Program-made: the position numbers and the translations under genes
Part shown: in pieces, positions 1 through 12,114 of the stretch
How positions within the stretch are numbered: position 1 is the stretch's first letter
Layout of the letters: every line of letters begins with the position of its first letter
The notes under the pieces: generated by a model
The model's database searches: none
What the model saw: the letters and a program-made list of their open reading frames with translations, nothing else
What the model was told of the DNA's origin: nothing
Assembly: GCF_033153115.1 (NCBI RefSeq)
Contig: NW_026889803.1
Coordinates: 61,008,001-61,072,000 of the forward strand
Direction of reading: 5' to 3'
DNA from: Saccostrea echinata
Taxonomy: Eukaryota
DNA length: 64,000 nucleotides

Positions 1-899
1 CTATATGAAATAATTATTCTAAGTATATACATTATCAAGAGGTAAATGGATTAGAAGTGTCAAACATAAAAATGAGTTATGTAAATTGCACAATTTAAAG
101 AACACAAACGAATGCTCGAATCAATAATATTGATGCTGTAGGGCTATGTAAAAAGCATATAATTTGTATGACTAAAATTAAAATGGGTAAAACACTGCAG
201 TAAATTTGGCACGTGAAAAAAAATGATGGGTTATCAATTTCTCACAGAATAAACTCAAGAAATACATGAATTCAAAATCTCAATGGCGTACAGCCTAAAT
301 ATCGAACCATTTCTAATCGAAGGCACTTTGTCATTGTTAAAATATCATCTAACTGATTGACGAAAGATCGGACAACTTTGATGATGTTAGATTAATTATC
401 CCTCCCGTAAATAAAGACGACTATAATTATGAAACTGTGGGATAGTTATTCTAAATTAAACTTAAATTCAAACCGGGATGGTCTCCGTTGTATTTACGAT
501 GTGTATTCTGCTGAGAAATCTTAAATAAAGTTTTCAATTTTGGCACTTTAATGTATTCATTATTTGAAACAAATTAGAAACATGCTTTGTGAGCATACTA
601 GTATTTTTGTGATACAATGCGTTGAAAATATGAGGAAACCCAGTGTTCTTGGGGTGTTTCATAGTCATGGAAAGAAAACTTGCTTTATCTGAAAACTTAT
701 GACCCAGAATTAAATTTTTCTTCATATTTTCAAACAAAACTACCAAAAAATCAAAATGTGAAGGGGGGTAGTGGGCAAAAAATATTATTATTATTTTGAT
801 GGCTAAAAACAGGAGGGTTCCGTAAAAATGGATGACAAGTAAGCATAGTCAGCAGAATACAATCATCAATAATGTTATTTTTTTTTTTTTACATTTCTT

Positions 900-948
<49 letters not shown>

Positions 949-1410
949 CTTAGCTAATCTTGATGACGATGGTTCTTCCAATGTCAGCCATATCTTCCTG
1001 AGAATTCTTTTGACTTGACTTGTACGACATTCCTCTTCAGTGTAATCCAGTTCATATTCTTCAAACGTCTGCCTTAATTTCTGTGTCGTCTGGATGTCGG
1101 CCTCTGATTGGATATATTGTTGTAGACAACAATCTGAAAGCATATTGGGTGAAAGCTCCCAAAATTCCAGTTCCTGTTTTATTACGGTGCTGCAATAGAA
1201 CGAAGGAAAGTGTAGGGTGCCCGTACGATACAAATCCAAAATTGATAGAAATACGTTAGGATTTTTGTCGAAGAAATAAGACTGTCTTGTGCTGTCGTAG
1301 AACTTCGATTGTTTTGTTAGTCTTCCCAGTAAAGTATTTGGGTATCGAGAGAGAGTCACAGCCGATGTTTCAAATACCGAGCCCCCCACATTAATTTTCA
1401 CTGTCTCCAT
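949..1410 (-). CDS. Voltage-gated K+ channel (Shaw/Kv3-like), paralogue B, coding exon 1 (T1/BTB domain); remainder of gene lies beyond the left window edge
   Basis: 154 codons METVKINVGG...YFFDKNP...EEPSSSRLAK, typical Kv T1 domain; ends AAG|GT (GT at 948-947) followed by (TC)n; ~97% identical to 11380-11841. The ORF-track LSLSLS tail is intron read-through. Confidence 0.9.
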
Positions 1411-1886
1411 TGTGTTGCCTCAGTTCCGCTATCGGGATACTGGTCTGCGTAACCCTTTTGCTATTCTTGAAGCATCACGGCGTTAAATTATTAACTTGGT
1501 GTTTTTGTTAAATTATTAATTTATGCTTATAATCAATAGTTAGCATTCATAACAAATTGATGCCGATGATATTTTTAAAACTCGTATATTTTTACTGATA
1601 CCACTATCCTTAATTAGAACATATTGATGTGTTTCCCCGCTTAGCTCCTGTGGAACGAATTCCTTAGCGTTAACTCTTGCGCTTATAACCATTCACTGTG
1701 TCTTGAATAATATAAATTTGATGTCATACTTCACCAATGTATTTTTGCAATTCTTCAAATCTTTCATATTCAATTATGATCCTTACAAATACGGAAATGG
1801 AAACTTTTTAACATGTTGAATAGCTCTTGACGGCTTAACTTGACTAAGAACTAATTTGTCCACAGATGCTTTGTGTAAGAAAGAAT

Positions 1887-2234
1887 GATTAATTGATTGA
1901 TTGTATGTTGTTTAATGTCCCGTTCGAGAATTTTTCACTCATATAGAGATATCACCATATACCGGTGAAGGGCTTCAAATTTAGACCTTTACTCGGCACT
2001 CAGAGCTATTGGGCATTAAGGGATGGTTATCGTGCCAACGCCTACCGTGACACTGTCGGGGCCTCGGTTTTTAAGGTTTCGTCCGAAGGACCCGCAACTT
2101 TCACTTCCGAGTTCTTGGCGAAGGAACAGTTGCTACCTGTATTTTGTCGACTTAGGTCAGTCGCAGCCGTGATTCGAACACACGACCTTCCAATCACGGA
2201 GCGAACACCCTACCGACTGAGCTACCGTGACGGT
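1887..2234 (-). mobile_element. tRNA-derived SINE (bivalve type)
   Basis: Minus-strand head with A box (TAGCTCAGTCGGTAG) and B box (GTTCGAATC), (ATCA)n tail, flanked by ~10-bp direct repeat TGTAAGAAAG; homologous to 16028-16376. Confidence 0.85.
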
Positions 2235-2789
2235 TTGTAAGAAAGGAAGAAATATGTCAAGTGCTTATGAAGTAGAAATGAAAGATTGAACTTCAGCTTT
2301 GAATAATTTATAAGGAACTTACTTTCTTACTATAAGAAGTGCTTACAAATCAAACCGAAATATTTCACGTATCAAAATTTTCTGTTATATGGTATATTGT
2401 ATAAGTATTTATGAAATGAAATTTTAACCCTTCATACATCAATATATGAATAAAATCATTGCTACATGTAATATTATTAATTCTATTTTAGCTTCTTAAC
2501 ATTCCTCCTCCACCTTACACCAAACACCCTTAAACAAAACAAAACTCTTCTTGATAATTCTTGACATTCTTGGTAAGTATTTCTTTAAATCTGCAATAAT
2601 TAAAGTCTATTTATGTACTTTGTCAGGATATAAATGAATTATGACTGACACTCAAAAAGGTGCGTTAAAATTTGAAGGATAGGATTCTAAAAAATGAGAT
2701 TTTTTTGAAACATAAATTAAGAATTCAAGCAATAACAATGAGACAGCGTTCCATTCTTCATAAGTATTGTTATTTTATGCTATGCCTTT

Positions 2790-3330
2790 ACATTCTGAAT
2801 AAGAAGTGTCTTTACATTCTAAATGAGAACTGTTATACATTCTGAATAAGAACTTTTAAACATTCTGAATGAGAACTAACTGTTATACATTCTGAATAAG
2901 ACTGTTATACTTAAAGTTTCTAAATAAGAACTGTTATACATTCAAAATGAGAACTGTTATTTTGTGTCATCTTTAAATTCTGAATGACAACTCTAATTTC
3001 CTGTCGTTGCCAATACATTCTGAATAAAAACTGTCTTTACATTCTGAATAAGAAATGCCATTTTTGTCGTTTCCTATACATTCTAAATAAGAACTGTTAT
3101 TTAATGTAGTTGCCAATACATTCTGAATAAGATCTGGCTTAACATTCTGAAAAAAACCCTGTTATTTATGTTGTTTCCTATACATTCTAAATAAGAACTG
3201 TTATTTTATGTCGTTGTCTATACATTTTGAATAAGAATCGTTGTTTCATGTTGTCTCCACATTCTTAAGAAGAACTCTTATTTTATATCGTTGTTATACA
3301 TTCTGAAAAAGAACTGTTATTTTGTGACGT
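2790..3330. repeat. Degenerate minisatellite, core ACATTCTGAATAAGAACTGTTAT
   Basis: More than 15 degenerate copies mixing ~23-bp and ~38-bp units. Confidence 0.85.
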
Positions 3331-4526
3331 TTCCTGTGCACTGAATCTGTATAATTAGCCACCTGATTTGATGACAATCAGAAAAAAAGGACACCAAGAA
3401 ATAATATTTGAGATCACAAAAATTTATTGGTCGGGTTACAATCGACAAAAGAGTTACATATGTAAAAGTGACTATCTTTTTTTTAATGCAAACTTACTTT
3501 TACTGTTTGAGTAAACAAGATGTTATAGGTATGAAGATTGCATTGGGTACAATGTGATTCCTTTAATTTTGGGGTACCAATATTTGTGAAACGTTTAAAA
3601 TTCACAATTTCGATTTAATTTAGTGAATACAAGATTTTAAAAAAGAAGTGTTAGGGATCGAAATTCTCTATTTCACTCTTTTTGGGACGTCATTTTCAAG
3701 AATATCTAGGTTCCATTTAATCCTAGAAAAATATCCTTATGGTGAAATGATGCCAGGTTATTATCAGGGGAGAAACTGGAAAACAAAAGGCTGGTGATGC
3801 TTTGCTTCTCAGATAGAAGTTTGATATAAGGTAATGTAGATGTAGATTCAAACAATACTAGTACCTTGGGCAGAGAGACTGATCAACCTCACCACAGAGA
3901 TGGTTAAATTGGAAAAAAATTGTGTGAAGTTCGATTCTGTGTCATGTTTAGAAAGGCGATACATGTAGTATTAAATTATATTTTTGATATGGATGCATCG
4001 TGTATTTTAAAATCAATTTTTCAATGTCCTAAAAATGTTAAAAAGATCTTCCAAAAAAGAAACCACTCTTTCTTGTTGATAATGTAGCTTTTAGAAGCTA
4101 AAGTGAATTATAAAAACGTGTAAAAAAATCAATGAACGAACAATTCATCATGAATTCAAGATAGTTAAAAAAAAGAAGAAAAAAAAATCCCAAAATAAAC
4201 TAATCAATTTAAAAATAATTTAACATTATGATAATATAACGGATTTAAAGAATTGACTTTTATTTAAATTTTAAAACATTAGAAAGAAAAAGATTGTTCT
4301 AAATAGACTTTAAACACAGAAGAGATTTTAGTTAAGAAGTTGGTTCTATTTGGGTTCTTCTCTTGTAGTTCCCGGCACAAAGGTTTTTGGTCATTGTTTT
4401 TTTTTTCAAAGATTGCTTTTTGGATTTACACAGAAAGATGCAATCGACGAAAAAGTAACTATTAAGGCCACCATCTATTGTAGGAGATCCATACAATGAT
4501 AACACACCTCTGCTGTGATAATAAGT

Positions 4527-4657
4527 NNNNNNNNNNNNNNNNNNNNNNNNNNNNNNNNNNNNNNNNNNNNNNNNNNNNNNNNNNNNNNNNNNNNNNNNNN
4601 NNNNNNNNNNNNNNNNNNNNNNNNNNNNNNNNNNNNNNNNNNNNNNNNNNNNNNNNN
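4527..4657. other. Assembly gap
   Basis: Run of N. Confidence 1.
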
Positions 4658-5871
4658 GCATAATATTCTTGCTAAATAAATAAAAAGGAAACCCAACCAT
4701 TTTTTATCAACTGAAATTCATGATACAATTAAAATCAATGTCACAACTATTATCTTCATAGACGGCGTTTATATTTTTGGTAATGTGATCTTTATTTTTT
4801 TCAAAGCGTCGATAATGGTCTTGCCAGCATGTAAATATTAATTTATTGATTTAAAAGGATAATTTTCAATTTAAACAAAAAAACATGAATAATAAAGGAC
4901 TCAGCAGTGCGCTTTTAACAATACTCCTCTCTTTAAATTCTTGATCTATAAAAATTATCTCGAAATTACAATGTATAGGTAAATCTTGTAATTATGTTCT
5001 GAACATGAAGTCTGCATGTTGAAATATACTCATTTTTAAGCTGCATAAAGATTGGTCGTCGGAAAAAAGAAATGTTGGCTTTGTGCTTGGACTGCATAAC
5101 CTCACAATCTAAATGTTTACTCAAGAGACACCTATATCTATAGTTTTTTATATTCTTTATTTTTTTCACTTTTAATTAGTATGCATATTGTGTATTAAAA
5201 TTATTCAAGTTTCTGCATCGTAGTCATCATATTAAAACCTGTCCTTCGACCTTTGACACATTGACTCCAAAATTTACACTTGTCTTTTCCATGGCCTGTT
5301 CCTCCTACGTGCTAAAATATAAATTCTGCAAGGTACAGCTAGAATAACTTAGTACTTTTATCACAATTGTCTTATCTCGATCTTTGACATTTAATCGAGT
5401 AAGTCGAAAATTTGTGTCTTCCTCTAGGTATTTTTAACACCCATGGAATCATTATACATGCGAATTCCTATTGTGGATTCATCGGTACTCCTTGTCAACA
5501 AGTAATATTCTAAAGGATACTAGTATTTCATATATAGACGGTCGCCAACGAAACTACTTTCCCATGAACACGTAACTTTTAACGTGTATATGAAAAAAAA
5601 TGATTCCATAGAATGTACAGTCCATTTGAAATACACGTAGGTTGAAAGGTACGGTTAAGTTATTGCATGATTTCAATATGCCACGGTCATCACAACTGTG
5701 GTAGGTTTGAGCCTTGATCTTTGTTACACTGAGACTGATTTTGGATAATTTCAATAAATCTCTTACTGGACATATTACTAGTACATAAAATAAATTGTGA
5801 AAGAAGACAAACTTCAATGAAGTACTCAAACAGATCCTTAATGGTGGGTTGATTATACCTCGTATTACCAG

Positions 5872-6956
5872 TTACATGTCTTGATAACTGAATGGTTCCC
5901 ATTGTCGTGAATTGGATGTACACCTGAGCTCGGTAAGTGTACTTTGTGAACAACTTTGCTTTTTTTTATTAACAAGTGCCTTCTTCATCTGTTGTAGTTT
6001 GTTTTTATGATAAAGATCGCTGAAGTTTGTAGTGAGGATGGCTACAGGCATGGCCAAAATAAGCATCCCAGAGAATGCACACGCCCCTCCAACAATGTAA
6101 CCAAATGTAGACTTTGGAAACGTGTCTCCGTACCCCACGGTTGTCATTGTAATCACAGACCACCATATCCCGATGAAAATATCCGAGAAGGTGTCTGCCA
6201 CGTAGAATTCAGCATAGTAGATGAAACTTGCAAAGAATAGTGAAGCGATAAGAAACGTCAAGGAGAGAAGAAGAAGGTCTTCGAAGCTAGCCCGTATCGA
6301 CATCATCATTATTCGCAAACCGGAGTACAGCTTCATCAGTCTAAACACCCGAAATAGCCGCAAAACTATTAAGGACCTGCTCACTAAATAGAATTGCACT
6401 ACTTCATAATGCTTCACCAGAAACCCCAGATCCTTTTCGAGAATAAAGGTTACCCACATGGCAACCACCAAGAGAAGGTCAATGATGTTTAAAGGTAATC
6501 GAAAATATTTCAATCTTCTTGGACAAGATATGAAATGAAAAATTAGTTCAACCGTGAAGAAGACGGAGGTGAATATTTCGCAGTGCCTTAGTGCTTCGTT
6601 AGGGAGTGATGTTCCAAGCATGACTTCTTTGGGGTTCTGCAAATTGAGTTCTTTGAAAAAGCGAATGCTTCTGTTTGCAATAACGAATGAAAGTCTATCA
6701 TATGATAGCTTCTCCTCTCTGAATGGCGGATGTGAACCTAACACAAAGGTCACCATTGAAATAATTACAAAGACCAGGAAAATGTAGTTAAAAACCTGGA
6801 AACATAAAAATGCATGAATATATATGCAATAATTTTCAAAGAATATTAATATACTAAAAACTTCATCAAATACTTTAGAATTTTATCAAAACTGTCCATG
6901 TGTTCAAACTTTCAATTTTGTATGAAAATATGACTAAAATATAGTATCATATTATA

Positions 6957-7049
<93 letters not shown>

Positions 7050-7831
7050 GGATGGCAATCGAATACAGAATTGCTAATCGGTTAACCGCAAGACGTTCCG
7101 ACCGATTAATCGGTTAGTCGCATCGTATCAAAATACACATTTTTTGACTTTTTTTATGTATTTGTATTTATATACACTAGAAGACTGAAAGAGAGACGTG
7201 GTTTGAAGTTAGAAACATTCTGTTCATTATCTTGATCAGGAAACTATATGTACATATAAATTATTTTATTTCAATTTCAATAGTTAGACAAGAAAAAAAT
7301 AAGAAAACCATGAATCTTGCATGAGAAATCAGACACAGAAAGATATCTTTCCAGTGCATATGTCGCACAAATTCATTCTTCATTGTCACAGTAATCAAAA
7401 CTTTGTCCGAACTTTAACTTATACAATGTTTTTCTAATAATATAATAGAGAACGGCAAAAGATCGATACGTATACATACTCATTAAAACTGCTCAATGGA
7501 GATTATGTAAAATCAAAAGTATTACGGGAGGGTCAGGGTACCAATATAATGTTTTTAAAAACAGTAATTGATACTTCACAAACTGATCAATTATTACCTC
7601 GCGATCTCAATCCTGAGAGCCATAATTACCTCCAAATCAGCTTAATAAGATGTGTAAAAACGCTGAACTATCAACTTTTATGCAGAGATTCCCTTTCTTA
7701 AAAACGAAATTTAAGAAAATTGCGTTCAATTTTACATATCTTAAATTTTCCGATTAACCGATTGCAGATTTTCTAACCGATTACCATCGTTCCGACCGAT
7801 TAATCGATTAACCGGTTACAAATTGCTATCC

Positions 7832-7906
<75 letters not shown>

Positions 7907-10900
7907 TCAACAGCAATGAAGGAGAAACTTCAAGAGTTCTGTGCAACAATATATCCGAGAAGTCGTGTAAATCAGCTGTGGATACTTAAAAATTCCAAGG
8001 AACTTTTGAAAAATTTGAAATCACAAAATTTCACCAAAATCAATAACATAAAAGCGTACAACTTTTCAACTCTGTATACAACCATTCCCCAAGATAAATT
8101 AAAGTCCAGATTTTTTGACATCATTGACAGCTGCTTTTTCAATAAAAATGGAACTCGTAAATTTACTTACCTTGTCATTGGTCATTTGCAAAATTATTTT
8201 GTTAAAAACATTCTGATTGTACACGCAAGTACTAAGAAGTTGATAATAAAAAGATGTTTGAGTTTCTGATTGACAATATCTATATAGTTTTTGGAGACCA
8301 GGTCTTCCAACAATCTCAACAATCTGTTGGAATTCCCATGGGTACTAATTGCGCCCCGTTGTTAGCAGACCTATTTTTTTTATTCATATGAAGCAGAATT
8401 TATTTAAAATTTTATACATGAGAAAAAGAAATCTCTTGCTAAGGCCTACAACTCGACATTTTGATATATCGACGACGTATTGTCAATTAACAATAGTTAT
8501 TTTCAATCATATGTCGACACGATATATCCCAGTGACCTTGAAATAAAAGATACCACAAAGTCTGACACATCTGTTTCATATTTGGATATTTTACTGGAAA
8601 ATGACGTTAAGTAAGTTACTGCGAATTAAATTTGATCCCCGTTCACACGGGGAATTTAATTCGAATTAGTTTACTGCGCATTAAATTACTTCACATTAGC
8701 TCCGTGTGAACGCTAAGCGAAGCTAAATCGAATTAAATTTTGACGCATGCGTAAGGGCAGAATTAAGTCACATGCCACATGTCGGTGGTCAAATATAGGT
8801 ATCTGTGCTATTTTTGAGTGGAAAACAAAGGAAAACTATCTTAATCACTAAAAACTGTACAGACACTATGAAATTATGTCAAATGTATATCTGCTCTGCA
8901 CAATGTGACGTGATCTGCAAATGACGTCATAATAGCCTTACTGAAAAGCCTAATAGTAGAAATTTAACATTTTTAAAATTCGCATAGGTTTACTTCGCAT
9001 TAGCTGTCGTGTGAACGCAATTTAATTCGCATTAGTTTACTTCGCATCATTTTACTTCGCATTAATTTACTGCGAATTAAAATCTCCGTGTGAACAGGGC
9101 ATTAGTTTGCGTTATTATTTGAAATGTAACAACGCTAATTGCTTTGAATAAGACGGAAAGGGGAGTTTTAAAATACTTCTTTTTTTAAAAGTAATTTATA
9201 TTTTTAGTAGTTCATTTTAGTGACAATTACTACACCTTCCATCGAAGTACATGTACATTGGATTAAACTACTTCTTGAGTAAATCGTCTTTTGTACTAAG
9301 GTATAATCTAATAAGTCGGAACCTTTTGTAGTTTTTTTTAATAAACGTCATATTAGACATATCTTAACAATAAATTTACATGATAAAAAAAACTAAAAAA
9401 ATATTATGATACGTATCAAAATTGAGAAAATGGGGTCACGGTCAAAATTGAGTACACATGTCTATATAGTCACATCTCTAAAAAATAGATCAGAAACGAA
9501 ATAAAATATATATTTTCATTTAACCATTGTTACATTATTTCAGACAAGTAGTCCTAAAGTCCTAATTGGGGGGCGGGGGCTAACGTCGCAGGCAGGTAGC
9601 GATACAATTTTATAATTTTTCTCGAGAAATCTTTAACCTCTCTAACAAACTCTGAAAATGCTGGAGGAACTAGGAGATAATATAATTTATATCAAAAGTG
9701 AGCCAAGCATTTGTATTTAAAAGCATAAGACCGTTTTGAGTGGTACAGACTTTCAACGCGGTAAAGAATTCGAAAAACTTGCAAACTAACTTATGCTACT
9801 CATACAATTGTTTGCAAACGAAGTGTCAAGTGTTTATGCGGATGCTTTAATGAAAGGGTAGGGCACTACACATCATATGAGAAATGAAAAGGGGGAGTAA
9901 TTTTCAGAAACTTTCATGACATTGTGAAGAGTGCGCCTATTGACGAAATATATTGATTTTAAAATTAAGGAACATGAATTAGGTTTACTCAAATCGAATG
10001 AAATTTTACATATCGACTTAATAAATGTTTTTACATTTGAAAAAATGTTGATCTTATTTTTTTTTTAAATAATATGATGATGTACGACATTTTCCTCGTT
10101 TTTTTTAAATGACCCTCGTAAGTAATTAGTCGAAAGCAGTTAGAAATTATTTAACGGATTTACCTATTTCTAATAACCATGTACATGTACTTTGTTCATG
10201 GAATCTAAAAATAAAGAATTATAAGAATTCTATACTAATATACCAAAATCAGAGGAAACTGGAGAAATGAAACGTGAAGGACCAGGATTACAAACAACTT
10301 GTGGAGATTATTCTATTTAACTAACTCAGACTACATCGTTCATAGAAGATTAAATCGATACAAAGAATTATGTTTCCTTTAATGTTCTGTTCAAAAATAG
10401 ACGAAAACTGTAGAAGGTGTTTTAGAACAAGTTAAACATTAATCTTTGTTAGTTACCATAGCAACACATATAATCAAAATAAAAGATAGAGATGTAGATA
10501 TTAAGTATCCAGATTTAATCAATTTGTGTGCAAAGTATAAATGAAATGAAATCGGGCAACTGTTGGAGAAGTAGCAGTAAAAAAAAAGTGTTTACATACA
10601 GAAAAATGGGCACTTTAGCACTGCATATAAGTTTTTCTTTTCTTCAACAAATAAAGCTAATAACAACAGCGGCAATCAAAACTGGAATACAGTTTACGAC
10701 GCAAGAACGGGAAAGTGTTATATTCTAGAGTCATCATTAATTAATATTATTGTGTGTTTAAGAGACCTCACTAACACTAGGAAGAACAAACCAAGTTGAC
10801 CTATTACAGTTTTCGTTTGATACTCTAAACTAACAGCTCGCAGACGTCTCTAGTCGCAAAACAGTTGAAGAAACAGGAAAACTCGATCGGGAAAATTATT

Positions 10901-11326
10901 TATTGTAGGTCAGTTTTCAATTGGCGATTCGCGAATAAAAAATATCGGGTATATAATTCTTAGTTAGATGCATAGAGGACTTCCAGCCATCTGCCTGAAC
11001 TATTTGTTAGATTTACTCGTATTTAGCTTGTTTTCTTTATTTTCGATAAACTTCATCAAATACTAGTATACAAAATTTCATTTACATGTAATAGTATATT
11101 CAGAAAGTATTATCCGCGCCCTCTAGTATAAAAGAAAATTATCTCCCTTTTCTTTAGAAAACTGTCATATTTATAAAATATTCATTTTACTGAACAAGTG
11201 TACGTGTTCGTACTCTCTTCAGTTTTAGTTTGAGGAATTTATGTAAAACATGTCCAAACCAATTTCCAGGTAAAACAATCAATATGGTTGTGAAATAGAT
11301 TAAAACTTACATTCACATTTTTAATT

Positions 11327-11379
<53 letters not shown>

Positions 11380-11841
11380 CTTAGCTAATCTTGATGACGA
11401 TGGTTCCTCCAATGTCAGCCATATCTTCCTGAGAATTCTTTTGACTTGACTTGTACGACATTCCTCTTCAGTGTAATCCAGTTCATATTCTTCAAAAGTC
11501 TGTCTTAACTTCTGTGTCGTCTGGATGTCGGCCTCTGATTGGATATATTGTTGCAGACAGCAATCTGAAAGCATATTGGGTGAAAGTTCCCAAAAATCCA
11601 GTTCCTGTTTTATTACGGTGCTGCAATAGAACGAAGGAAAGTGTAGGGTGCCCGTACGATACAAATCCAAAATTGATAGAAATACGTTAGGATTTTTGTC
11701 GAAGAAATAAGACTTTCTTGTGCTGTCGTAGAACTTCGATTGTTTTGTTAGTCTTCCAAATAAAGTATTTGGGTATCGAGAGAGAGTCACAGCCGATGTT
11801 TCAAACACCGAGCCCCCCACGTTAATTTTCACTGTCTCCAT
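5872..11841 (-). CDS. Voltage-gated K+ channel (Shaw/Kv3-like), paralogue A, complete 2-exon gene, ~461 aa
   Basis: Exon 1 11841-11380 (T1 domain, AAG|GT); exon 2 6795-5872 after tttccag acceptor, in frame (VFNYIFLVFVIISMV...). S4 SRSLIVLRLFRVFRLMK, pore WWSVITMTTVGYGD, S6 GMLILAMPVAIL. Confidence 0.92.
7047..7834. mobile_element. Non-autonomous hAT-like element inserted in a (TA)n microsatellite
   Basis: TIRs TAGGGATGGCAAT / ATTGCTATCCCTA (1 mismatch; Ac-like TAGGGATG start), subterminal CCGATTAA/AATCGGTT repeats at both ends, ATATATAT on both sides, consistent with an 8-bp TSD. Confidence 0.85.
7903..8608 (+). mobile_element. Penelope-like retroelement RT fragment (Naiad-like), frameshifted
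   Basis: Translates NQLWILKNSKELL...FSTLYTTIP...FLIDNIY...GIPMGTNCAPLLADLF...YIDDVLSIN...YPSDLEIKDT...YLDI across frameshifts; abuts (TA)n. Confidence 0.88.
8611..9103. mobile_element. PIF/Harbinger-like MITE with internal subrepeats
   Basis: Inverted CCCCGTTCACACGGGGAATTTAATTCG (8637) / CGAATTAAAATCTCCGTGTGAACAGGGC (to 9100); internal CGTGTGAAC and TTAC(T/G)(T/G)CGCATTA repeats; the Penelope-like RT stops at its left edge. Confidence 0.7.
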
Positions 11842-12114
11842 TGTACTGCCTCAGCCTGTAATCGTGACTGTCTAAATTCGATCATCATTATGTAGTTGCA
11901 AACAGAAATATTTATTGGAAAGAGTGTTATTACAATCAACACGTTAGTTTTTAATATTTTTAAATTAGGATGCTCTGGAAATTCTTGGTAAATTATATAT
12001 GAATTATGTCAACTACAGCTAAAAATATCCCTATGGCCCTGTGGGGCAGGAATACGATTGCTTTGTTCTTATAAGTGTTTCATACCAAAATCGATAAGAT
12101 TTAATTTTCCAGAA

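Noticed and set aside
1020-11690. Plus-strand ORFs 1020-1259, 6007-6240, 6554-6787, 11451-11690
   Set aside because: Antisense shadows of the Kv exons with no recognisable protein features.
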